Source of the DNA: Hausera hauseri
Taxonomy: Eukaryota
DNA: 46,525 nt
Reading direction: 5' to 3'
Assembly (NCBI GenBank): GCA_046269625.1
Contig: JBJURY010333269.1
Location: forward strand, 1-46,525
Position numbers and translations under genes: made by a program. Below are positions 8,124 through 16,594 of this stretch, in pieces. The notes under the pieces were generated by a model. The model made no database searches. It was not told the origin of the DNA and worked only from the letters and a program-made list of their open reading frames with translations. Position 1 is the first letter of the stretch. Every line of letters begins with the position of its first letter.

Positions 8124-8831
8124 ATGAAAATTGCAATTCTCAGTAGCGTAGCAGGGAAGAGCAGCAAGCGTCTCGCTAATGCTCTCAAGTTCAACAAGAT
8201 TGACGCTGTTGTGGTTAAGCCTAATGATGGCGACAATATTCCTGAAGATGCTACACACGTCTTCAGCTATGGTTGTTCTACACGTAGCCATAAGCTTCCT
8301 CGTCTGAATGCTGTTGAAGCTATTCGCACTTGTGTAGATAAACCTAAGACCTTTGATGCGTGTAAGCGTGCTGGTGTTAGTCATGTGGAATACACCCTGG
8401 ATAAACAGGATATTCCTCGTCATTGGGACTGGGTGGTTATCCGTGATAAGCAAGATGGTCGTAAGGCGGAAGGACTTGCTTATGCTGAAAACATTCCGAA
8501 TGAAATTCCTGATGGTGTGCTCTTCACTGAGTATTATGAACACCGATATGAATATCGCATTGTTGTGTTTCGTGGTAAGGTGGTAGGACGCTATTACAAG
8601 CGTGAAGATGCTGGTGACTGGTATTTCAACAATCAACCTGCTAAGGGCTTTGAATTGATGGATAAGCATTGCATCAAGGCTGCTAAGGAGATTGGTATTG
8701 ATTATGTAGGCTTTGATGTTGTAGCCAAGGACAAGAAGACGTTCAAGATTCTTGAGGCTAATAGCGCAGCACTTCTCACTGACGAAGGTGAGAATGCTAT
8801 TGTGGAATACTATCTTAATCTGGAGGGTTAA
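8124..8831 (+). CDS. ATP-grasp ligase (RimK/glutathione synthetase-like)
   Basis: CVDKPKTF, EYRIVVF, GIDYVGFDVV, ILEANSA. Confidence 0.88.
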   Translation: MKIAILSSVAGKSSKRLANALKFNKIDAVVVKPNDGDNIPEDATHVFSYGCSTRSHKLPRLNAVEAIRTCVDKPKTFDACKRAGVSHVEYTLDKQDIPRHWDWVVIRDKQDGRKAEGLAYAENIPNEIPDGVLFTEYYEHRYEYRIVVFRGKVVGRYYKREDAGDWYFNNQPAKGFELMDKHCIKAAKEIGIDYVGFDVVAKDKKTFKILEANSAALLTDEGENAIVEYYLNLEG

Positions 8832-8834
8832 TCT

Positions 8835-10178
8835 GTGTGCGGTATTGTTGGTGTGGCCGGTTTCATCGGTCTTAAACAAGACAAGATGATGGAAAAACTC
8901 CTGATTCTTGATTCTATGCGTGGTCTTCACTCTACCGGTATTGTTGCTGTCCCTAAGTTTGGTGATCCTACTATTGCTAAAGCTGTTGGCAATCCCTTCG
9001 AGCTGTTTAATACGGTTACGTATGACAAGGCTATGAAGAAGAGTAATTGTGTCATTATTGGACACAATCGCTATGCCACCCAAGGGCAAGTGAATCGTAA
9101 GAATGCCCATCCATTTAATGCTGGTGGCTTGTATGGTGTACATAATGGTACGCTGAAGAATAAGTATAAGCTTCTCGATCAGCAATTCTTCGATGTAGAT
9201 AGTGAGAATCTCTACCATCATATGTACCATAATGGTATTGATGATTTGCTTGCCACTATTGATGGTGCATGGGCACTGGTCTGGTGGGACAATGAAGAAA
9301 GTAGTCTAAATTTCCTTCGTAATAAGGAACGTCCTCTGTTCCTGGCTGAAGATTTGAAGACTGATACTCTCTACTGGGCCAGTGAGAAGTGGATGCTAGA
9401 AGTAGCTGCTGCATATTGTGATGTTGAATTCCGTCTGATTGAAAGTATGAAGGAAGATATGCATCTCAATATTGTAATTGACGAGAAGGGCCATATGGCT
9501 AAGCCTGTAGTCACTCATCGTCCTTCTACGTATGTCAATCCTCATGTTATCCAACATTCCACTGGCAATTGGAAGCAGGATATGGCTACAGCCTTTGGTA
9601 TGACTGCGGAGGAAGTGGAAAATTTTACGGCCAAGGAGGTAGCTGCCCCTTCTGATAAAGGTCAAACCAAGGCGGTGCTCACCCTTCGTAAGACAGCTAC
9701 TAAAGATGATCTATATGCTGTGGGAGAAGTACTTACGTTGGAATGTCTTGGGACCGGTAGGGACAGCTTTGGTGGCCGTTATCTGTCTTTCTTTGATAAG
9801 GCTAATGATGAGGCTGACATCCGCCTTTACATCAAGCAACGTAATGATGAGTTTGAAGACCTTGGTGGGCACATGGTTGAAGTGTGTATTAAGGAAGTAG
9901 CTAGTAGCTTTGGTAAGAAGCATTACAAGCTGGACGGTTGGAAGGTTAAGGATTTGGGTGAAGTGGAATCTATTACCATTCCTCCTGAAAAAGAAATCCT
10001 AGACTTTAAGGGCAAACCAATCACTGAGGAAAACTTTACTACCAAGTATGGTGTGTGTGCTCATTGTGATGGTTATGTCAATCCAAAGCTCGATTTCCGC
10101 TATACGACTGGAGGTGAAACTATTTGTCACGAATGTGTAACCACGATTTATGGTAATAACGTTGTTCAATTGCAATGA
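8835..10178 (+). CDS. Class II (Ntn) glutamine amidotransferase with extra C-terminal domain and Zn finger
   Basis: MCGIVG, RG, GHNRYAT, NAHPF, HNGT, VDSE; terminal CAHC..CHEC. Confidence 0.92.
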   Translation: MCGIVGVAGFIGLKQDKMMEKLLILDSMRGLHSTGIVAVPKFGDPTIAKAVGNPFELFNTVTYDKAMKKSNCVIIGHNRYATQGQVNRKNAHPFNAGGLYGVHNGTLKNKYKLLDQQFFDVDSENLYHHMYHNGIDDLLATIDGAWALVWWDNEESSLNFLRNKERPLFLAEDLKTDTLYWASEKWMLEVAAAYCDVEFRLIESMKEDMHLNIVIDEKGHMAKPVVTHRPSTYVNPHVIQHSTGNWKQDMATAFGMTAEEVENFTAKEVAAPSDKGQTKAVLTLRKTATKDDLYAVGEVLTLECLGTGRDSFGGRYLSFFDKANDEADIRLYIKQRNDEFEDLGGHMVEVCIKEVASSFGKKHYKLDGWKVKDLGEVESITIPPEKEILDFKGKPITEENFTTKYGVCAHCDGYVNPKLDFRYTTGGETICHECVTTIYGNNVVQLQ

Positions 10179-10621
10179 GAATTGGTGAACTAGATTATGA
10201 TGTAGATGCGTTAGGACGTATTCTTAAGAAGAAAGGGAAAGGTGAACGTAAAACTTTTCCGGATAAGGATGGTTATTTAAAGTATTCATTACAACAAAAC
10301 GGAAAGACATTGAACTTTTTTGTACATCGTTTTGTTTATCAGTATTTTAAAGGACCTATTCCCGATACCATGACGGTAGATCATATTGATGGAGATAAAT
10401 TAAATAATCAAATTGATAACTTACAATTACTTAATGCAAAAGAGAATGCAATCAAAGGTAACGCTAGAACTTGGATTGTGTTTCGACCCAACCACTCTTC
10501 ATTAGTTGTCTATAATATGGAAGAATTCTGTCGTAAGAATGATCTCCACCCTGGACACATGAGAGCTACAGCAAAACTCAATAGTAAACATAAAGGATGG
10601 TATTGTTATGAGCGCAATTAA
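10175..10621 (+). CDS. HNH homing endonuclease
   Basis: VHRFVY..VDHIDGDKLNNQIDNL; AT-rich. Confidence 0.9.
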   Translation: MRIGELDYDVDALGRILKKKGKGERKTFPDKDGYLKYSLQQNGKTLNFFVHRFVYQYFKGPIPDTMTVDHIDGDKLNNQIDNLQLLNAKENAIKGNARTWIVFRPNHSSLVVYNMEEFCRKNDLHPGHMRATAKLNSKHKGWYCYERN

Positions 10622-11408
10622 TTTCATGGTAGGGGCCGATCCCGAACTGTTCATCCGTCAAAATGGTGTATTTAAGAGTGCCTTCGGGTTGATTCCTGGC
10701 ACCAAACAACAACCACATAAGGTGAATAAGGGGGCAGTGCAGATTGATGGTATGGCGCTGGAATTCAATATTGATCCAGCTAAGAGCGAAGATGAATTTA
10801 GTGTGAATGTCCAAACGGTGATGGCATGCTTGCAAAGCATGGTCCCTGGATATGAGATGGTCGCATCTCCAGTCGCCCACTTCGATCTTGAATACTTCAA
10901 GCAGCAGCCTGATGCAGCTAAGGAACTTGGTTGCGATCCTGATTTCAATGCATGGGAAGATGGTAAGGAGAACAAGAAGCCGGATGGTGATCGTCCTTTC
11001 CGCACTGCCTCTGGTCATGTGCATATTGGATGGACCGCTGACAAGAATGTTAGTGATCCTAATCATCAATACCAGGGAAATTTGATTGTTAAGAACTGTG
11101 ATTTCTTCCTGGGCCTCATGTCTCTCATGTATGACGACGATACTGAGCGACGTAGCCTTTACGGCAAGGCTGGAGCATGCCGCTATAAGCCATATGGGGT
11201 TGAGTACCGCACCCTAAGCAATCGTTGGACGGATAGTGAACAACTTATGCGGTTGGTCTATCGCAATACTATCGCAGCAGCGCAGGCGACGGTCAGCGGT
11301 AATTTCCTGTGGGAGCGTCACGGAGACATCCAACACATCATCAACACATCGGATGTAGACGATGCTCGTCGCATCCTTGACATCGAAGGCATTGAATATT
11401 ATGGATGA
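10608..11408 (+). CDS. phiEco32-like COOH-NH2 ligase type 2
   Basis: GADPELF, IPGTK..P, DGMALEFNI, GCDPDFNAW, RTASGHVHIG, YGKAGACRYKPYGVEYRTLSN. Confidence 0.9.
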   Translation: MSAINFMVGADPELFIRQNGVFKSAFGLIPGTKQQPHKVNKGAVQIDGMALEFNIDPAKSEDEFSVNVQTVMACLQSMVPGYEMVASPVAHFDLEYFKQQPDAAKELGCDPDFNAWEDGKENKKPDGDRPFRTASGHVHIGWTADKNVSDPNHQYQGNLIVKNCDFFLGLMSLMYDDDTERRSLYGKAGACRYKPYGVEYRTLSNRWTDSEQLMRLVYRNTIAAAQATVSGNFLWERHGDIQHIINTSDVDDARRILDIEGIEYYG

Positions 11409-12039
11409 GTTGTCGATTAATGATGCCCAACAGCAATATAGTGATTCTTTGGTGATGGTGTCTAATCGTCCTGCTCACATCCAACGTGTGTGGCAGGATG
11501 GGAAGAAGATCAAGATGATGATTGTCTTCCTCGAAGATTTCTCCATGGCCGTTGCTGAATGGGGCAAGTATGCCATCTCTGCACCAGACAAACGTCTAGG
11601 CATGGTTAACCACGTAGACACTGCTGTATGGATGACTCGTCGTCCTGTACGACGCTATAAGGTGGGCTTTGCTAAGGAAAACATCAAGGCTAACATCGTG
11701 CAAGGATTCATGGGTGACGAGAATGCACGTAATGCTGTGGTGTATTTCAATAGTCCAGGGCTACACAACGCTATCATGAATATTTATCCAGATATTCAAG
11801 CAGCCTACGATTGGGCTAGGGAATGCCAAGGTTGTTGGGCATTCGATAAACAATTTGCTATTGACCATCAGGGTCAGGTCTATTACAAAGACCAGCATAT
11901 TGTCGGGTATCTCACAGAGAAGAAAAAGAATAAGGTTGAGAACATTAAGTGGTCTATTGGTAATGAACATCTTTCTATTCTCCTAGGAGGTAATTGTGAG
12001 AACACTTTCCGCGCTCTTGAACAGTCCGAAGAAGCTTAA
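11401..12039 (+). CDS. Hypothetical protein within the ligase cluster
   Basis: ATG 11401 overlaps the previous stop; phage-typical codon usage. Confidence 0.8.
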   Translation: MDELSINDAQQQYSDSLVMVSNRPAHIQRVWQDGKKIKMMIVFLEDFSMAVAEWGKYAISAPDKRLGMVNHVDTAVWMTRRPVRRYKVGFAKENIKANIVQGFMGDENARNAVVYFNSPGLHNAIMNIYPDIQAAYDWARECQGCWAFDKQFAIDHQGQVYYKDQHIVGYLTEKKKNKVENIKWSIGNEHLSILLGGNCENTFRALEQSEEA

Positions 12040-13270
12040 AGATGGTGATGTAGGTATTGAGATTGAGATGGAGGGTAAGCAACTGTATGCTGCCCGTACA
12101 TTTGAAGCTGTTAGCCATCTGTGGAATATTGAGGACGATGGAAGCCTTCGTGGACGATATCCGGATTCCAAGTGTGAATACGTGCTGAAGAATCCTCTGT
12201 CTGTAGAGGCTTCTAAAGAAGCTTTGGCTAAGATGGAAGAAATGTTGGCTGGTAACGAGGCTGTTGTCAACGACAGTCCTCGTACAAGCGTTCATATCCA
12301 CATGAACGTTCAACGTATGACACATTCTCAGTATTGCAATCTGGTATACACCTATCTTCTTCTAGAGAATGCTCTGGCTACGAAGTGGGGAGAACGTCGT
12401 ATCGCCAATCGCTTCTGCCTTCGTCTTCGTGATGCTGAAGATGCGATTGACCATCTGAAGAAGGTGTTCAATAATGATTATTGGCTATTGGAATTGAGTG
12501 AAGAGAATATTCGATATGCTGCCATCAACCTAGCTTGCTTCAAGAAGTATGGCTCTATTGAATTCCGTGGAATGCGTGGTACTACTGACAAGGCTGTGAT
12601 TGGTGAATGGATTGACATTCTGTTCCAGCTTAAGGACTATGCCTGCTCTGTTAAGGATGTTCATGAGGTTCGTAATGATCTAATGACTATCGGGGCTAGC
12701 AAATGGGCCAAGAAGGCCCTTGGAAACTTCTACAACAGCTTTAATAAGGATGTTGTATACCAGAGTGTGGTCGAAGCCTATTCGCTCTCTATGGACCTTC
12801 CTATGGCCTATGTCTGTCAACGTTATCAATATGAAGATTATGTGGAACAGCCTAAGGTAGAAGTGAAAGCAGCTAAGAAGGAGGTGGTTGATAAGGCACC
12901 TATTTGGCCTAATGCTGATCAGTGGGATGCTGATCAAAGGGCAGAATGGATTGACAAAGAAGCTTCTATTATCTGGCATGATTCAGATGAGTATAATGAA
13001 GATGGGGATGTGCCTGTTTGGTGTTATGACATGGCTATTAATCATCTGGATAAATATGCTAAGGAAGCGGCTGAATATCGTGCTAGGCAAGCTAATGCTC
13101 CTGTGAATTTTATTCGTGAAGCTGCTCCTATTCGTTGGCAGGACTTCGTAGCAGAGCAACCTATTATTGCCCCTGGTGCAGAAGCTATTGAACAAGCTGT
13201 TCAACAAATGGAGCAATTCTTGGCAGATAGACAACATCCTCAAGAATGGGAAGAAGATGACATGTTCTGA
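11996..13270 (+). CDS. Putative amidoligase (glutamine synthetase-fold) with acidic C-terminal extension
   Basis: VGIEIEMEG, DGSLR, EYV, TSVHIHMNV, RYAAIN, GSIEFR; GGAGG RBS. Confidence 0.88.
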   Translation: MRTLSALLNSPKKLKDGDVGIEIEMEGKQLYAARTFEAVSHLWNIEDDGSLRGRYPDSKCEYVLKNPLSVEASKEALAKMEEMLAGNEAVVNDSPRTSVHIHMNVQRMTHSQYCNLVYTYLLLENALATKWGERRIANRFCLRLRDAEDAIDHLKKVFNNDYWLLELSEENIRYAAINLACFKKYGSIEFRGMRGTTDKAVIGEWIDILFQLKDYACSVKDVHEVRNDLMTIGASKWAKKALGNFYNSFNKDVVYQSVVEAYSLSMDLPMAYVCQRYQYEDYVEQPKVEVKAAKKEVVDKAPIWPNADQWDADQRAEWIDKEASIIWHDSDEYNEDGDVPVWCYDMAINHLDKYAKEAAEYRARQANAPVNFIREAAPIRWQDFVAEQPIIAPGAEAIEQAVQQMEQFLADRQHPQEWEEDDMF

Positions 13271-13448
13271 TGTTTCGTGGTTGATGGATGTAGATGTTGA
13301 AGCTATGAAAGACTGCCGAATTGTACTAGAACAACATCACTACATCCGAAATTATGAATTGGAACATTTCAACTACCTAGTTAGTAAGGTAGAAGAATAT
13401 CAACAGTCTCAAAAGAAACAAACAGCAGCGTTGCTGAGGAAGGATTGA
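13257..13448 (+). CDS. Hypothetical protein
   Basis: Fills the gap, coupled to the primase; start uncertain. Confidence 0.55.
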   Translation: MTCSDVSWLMDVDVEAMKDCRIVLEQHHYIRNYELEHFNYLVSKVEEYQQSQKKQTAALLRKD

Positions 13449-15076
13449 TGGCTAAATGCGTTGAGAAGATTGGAAGTATTCAGGTATTCCTGGCTGATGA
13501 TGGGACGTATAATGCCTATGATTTCAAGAATGGGTTGTACATTGCTGATCCATACAAGGACAAACCTCCTGATTACAAGCCAGTAATTAAGAGTAAGAGT
13601 CCTGCTGAGATTGAAGAAGAGTTGGCTGAAATCAAGACGTATCAGACTCTAACTCTTCCAGATCGTAAGCTCAAGAAAGAATATCTAGAATACTTTGGTA
13701 TCAAGATTGGAGTAAGTGAAGAGGATGGTACTACACCTCGTCTTCACTACTATCCATATTACAAGGGACGTGATCTTATTGGTTATAAGGTGCGTCTAAT
13801 CGAGAATAAGCAAATGTGGGCGGTTGGTAGCACTAAGGGTTGTGATCTGTTCGGCTGGAACAAGGCAATCCTTTCTGGTGCTAAGCGTCTTTATATTACA
13901 GAAGGAGAATTGGATGCTGTCAGCCTCTATCAAATTTTTAAAGACCAGTCTAAAGGCACCGCTTACAGTGAATTTAGCCCTGCTATTGTCAGCCTTGCTC
14001 ATGGTGCCGGCAGCGCTGCTAGGGATCTTGGTAAATATCTACCAGACATTCGTAGGCAGTTTAAAGAAATTGCTCTCGTATTTGACCAAGATGCTCCCGG
14101 TAAAGAAGCAGTAGAGCGTGTCCTTCAAGTAATTCCTGATGCTCTTGTCGTAGAACTTCCTGACAAGGATGCTAATGAATGCTTGAAGAATGGGAAGGGA
14201 AAGGCAGCTCATGCTGCTTGTCAATTTAAGGCTGTAAAGCCTAAGAATACTCGTATTGTTTCTGGTAATGATCTTCATGAATCTGCTAAGGAGCAAGCTA
14301 AACATGGTGTATCCTGGCCTTGGGATCATGTGACTAAAGCAACTCGTGGTATCCGTACTGGTGAAACGATTTATATCGGTGCAGCCCCTAAACTTGGTAA
14401 GAGTGAGATGGTGAATGCTATCACAGCTCATCTTATTAAAGAACACAACTGGAAAGTTTTCCTTGTAAAACCTGAAGAAGCTAATAAAAAGACATACAAG
14501 CTAGTAGCAGGAAAGCTAGTAGGAAAAGTATTTCATGATCCAAATCGTGAGTTTGATATGTCTGCCTATGAAAAGGCAGGGGAGATTATGAAAGATCATC
14601 TTTTCATGCTTAATCTTTATCAACATGTGGGATGGGATAGTTTGAAGGCGGATATTAGACAAGCTGCTAATGAAGGATGTAAGGCTGTAGTAATCGATCC
14701 GATTACTAATTTAACAAACGGTATGTCCGCAGCAGACGCTAATGTTAAGTTGCAAGAAATTGCTCAAGAATTGTCTGCTATGGCCCTGGATCTTGATATT
14801 GTTATCTTTATTTTCTGCCACCTTCGCAATCCGGAAAGCGGTTTAGATCATCAACGAGGTGGTATTGTCCTGTCTTCACAGTTTGCCGGTTCTAGAAGCA
14901 TGGAGAGATCATGCAATTATATGTTTGGTATCCAAGGAAATCGTGATCCGGGTTTATCTGTAGAAGAGCGTAACATCCGTACATTAGTCCTACTGAGTGA
15001 TCGAGAATTTGGTGAAGTCGGTGAATACAAACTTTATTGGGACACTCACACTCAGCTTTTTAACGAAATTCCATAA
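13445..15076 (+). CDS. Primase-helicase (T7 gp4-like TOPRIM + SF4 helicase)
   Basis: ITEGELDA, FDQDAPG, KDANE; Walker A GAAPKLGKS; VIDPIT. Confidence 0.95.
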   Translation: MMAKCVEKIGSIQVFLADDGTYNAYDFKNGLYIADPYKDKPPDYKPVIKSKSPAEIEEELAEIKTYQTLTLPDRKLKKEYLEYFGIKIGVSEEDGTTPRLHYYPYYKGRDLIGYKVRLIENKQMWAVGSTKGCDLFGWNKAILSGAKRLYITEGELDAVSLYQIFKDQSKGTAYSEFSPAIVSLAHGAGSAARDLGKYLPDIRRQFKEIALVFDQDAPGKEAVERVLQVIPDALVVELPDKDANECLKNGKGKAAHAACQFKAVKPKNTRIVSGNDLHESAKEQAKHGVSWPWDHVTKATRGIRTGETIYIGAAPKLGKSEMVNAITAHLIKEHNWKVFLVKPEEANKKTYKLVAGKLVGKVFHDPNREFDMSAYEKAGEIMKDHLFMLNLYQHVGWDSLKADIRQAANEGCKAVVIDPITNLTNGMSAADANVKLQEIAQELSAMALDLDIVIFIFCHLRNPESGLDHQRGGIVLSSQFAGSRSMERSCNYMFGIQGNRDPGLSVEERNIRTLVLLSDREFGEVGEYKLYWDTHTQLFNEIP

Positions 15077-15137
15077 CCTATTTGTCGAGAACATACAAAT
15101 CAGACGATATATTAGTGTATAAAGTTATGGAGAAACA

Positions 15138-15650
15138 ATGAAGATTACACAAGAGCGTCTGATGGAGGTTTTAAACTACAACCCTGAAACAGGAATTTTC
15201 ACTTGGAAGATTCATAAGAAGGGTTCAAAAGGTAAAGGACAAGAAGCCGGCACTATTGCACACAACGGATACATTGATGTGTGTATTGACTATAAGAAAT
15301 ATGGACTCCATCGTCTAGCCTTCTTATATATGACAGGACAAGTCCCTGACAACGTCGATCACAAAAATGGTATCAAATCTGATAATAAATGGAAAAATCT
15401 ACGTCCCGCTACGGTGCGTGAAAATTCGTTTAATTATAAAGGTAAAAGTACGAAATCAGGGTATAGAAACGTGTATTATGACAAGCGCGGAAAATCACAT
15501 TGGAATGTGACTATTCATTTACCGGACGGTACACGTAAATGTATTGGATATTTTAAAACTCCAGAGGAGGCCAACCAAGCTGCCATTGATGCAAGGATGA
15601 AGTATCACGGTGAATATGCTTGGGATCATAATGAGCTACGAAGCAATTAA
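15138..15650 (+). CDS. HNH-AP2 homing endonuclease
   Basis: LNYNPETGIFTW, HRLAFLYMTG, DHKNGIKSDNKWKNLR, AP2-like IGYFKTPEEA. Confidence 0.92.
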   Translation: MKITQERLMEVLNYNPETGIFTWKIHKKGSKGKGQEAGTIAHNGYIDVCIDYKKYGLHRLAFLYMTGQVPDNVDHKNGIKSDNKWKNLRPATVRENSFNYKGKSTKSGYRNVYYDKRGKSHWNVTIHLPDGTRKCIGYFKTPEEANQAAIDARMKYHGEYAWDHNELRSN

Positions 15651-16113
15651 TAATTATTATGTCAGTCAACGGGGGGCGTTAGTTAAGCGTTATACATTTC
15701 GTACAGGTTCTGAGGCTATGGCTGAGGACATTGTTCAGGAAGCGTTCACTCGTGCTCTCAAATATGTGGACAGCTATAATCCTGATAAGTTGATTGACCA
15801 ATGGATGAGTACCATTCTAAATAATGCTTTCAAACATTACATGAATCAAGAACGGGGGTATGTTCCTGTTTATGAGGATGGTGATGAGGAAGTCGAAGAT
15901 GAAGAAGGGTATGAAGAAGGCGCAGTATATCTTATCAGTGAAGTGCTGGAATATATTTCCACTAAACCTCCTGCTCACCAGGAGGTTCTAAATCTCTATT
16001 TTAAACAGATGTATTCTCCACGAGACATCTCAGAGATTACCGAGCACAAATACAAATCAGTGCATCAGATTATTCGAAGATTTCTGAAGGAGTTGAAAGG
16101 CCGTTACGGCTGA
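15631..16113 (+). CDS. Phage ECF-like RNA polymerase sigma factor
   Basis: Region 2 AEDIVQEAFTRALKY..WMSTILNN; region 4 HTH YSPRDISEIT..SVHQIIRRF. Confidence 0.85.
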   Translation: MSYEAINNYYVSQRGALVKRYTFRTGSEAMAEDIVQEAFTRALKYVDSYNPDKLIDQWMSTILNNAFKHYMNQERGYVPVYEDGDEEVEDEEGYEEGAVYLISEVLEYISTKPPAHQEVLNLYFKQMYSPRDISEITEHKYKSVHQIIRRFLKELKGRYG

Positions 16114-16123
16114 AAGATATAAA

Positions 16124-16594
16124 ATGGAATTGACACAAGCTCAATTAAAAGAGAAGTTCACATACGATGAACACTCAGGTATATTTACTAATAATAAAAC
16201 AGGCGGAGAGTATCGTGCAATCGATGAACGAGGTTATATTCGTATATCGATTAGAGGTAAGAGATACAGAGCACACAGGCTTGCTTTTCTATACATGACA
16301 GGCAGATTTCCTAAGAATATCGATCACATCAATAGTGTTGGTAATGATAATCGATGGTGCAACCTAAGGGAGTGTGAACAAGCCGAAAATTGTAGGAATA
16401 GAAAAACACCTATTAATTCTTCATCCGGTATTAAGAACGTTGTATGGGATGAGGCATCTAAGAGATGGAGTGTTGTAATCCGAGTTGATGGTGAACGATA
16501 TGATTACGGATATTTTTATGATTTAGAAATTGCTGAATTAGTTGCTATTGGTGCTCGTGTAAAACATCACGGAGGCTTTGCTAAGATTGAATAG
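16124..16594 (+). CDS. HNH-AP2 homing endonuclease
   Basis: HRLAFLYMTG, DHINSVGNDNRWCNLR, SSGIKNVVW, GYFYDLEIA. Confidence 0.92.
   Translation: MELTQAQLKEKFTYDEHSGIFTNNKTGGEYRAIDERGYIRISIRGKRYRAHRLAFLYMTGRFPKNIDHINSVGNDNRWCNLRECEQAENCRNRKTPINSSSGIKNVVWDEASKRWSVVIRVDGERYDYGYFYDLEIAELVAIGARVKHHGGFAKIE

Noticed and set aside
7959-9230. 423-aa minus-strand ORF and many other antisense or alternate-frame ORFs (e.g. 3175-3738, 31141-32079, 41985-42749)
   Set aside because: They shadow well-supported genes with clear motifs and RBSs, have no recognisable motifs themselves, and break the two-arm strand organisation.
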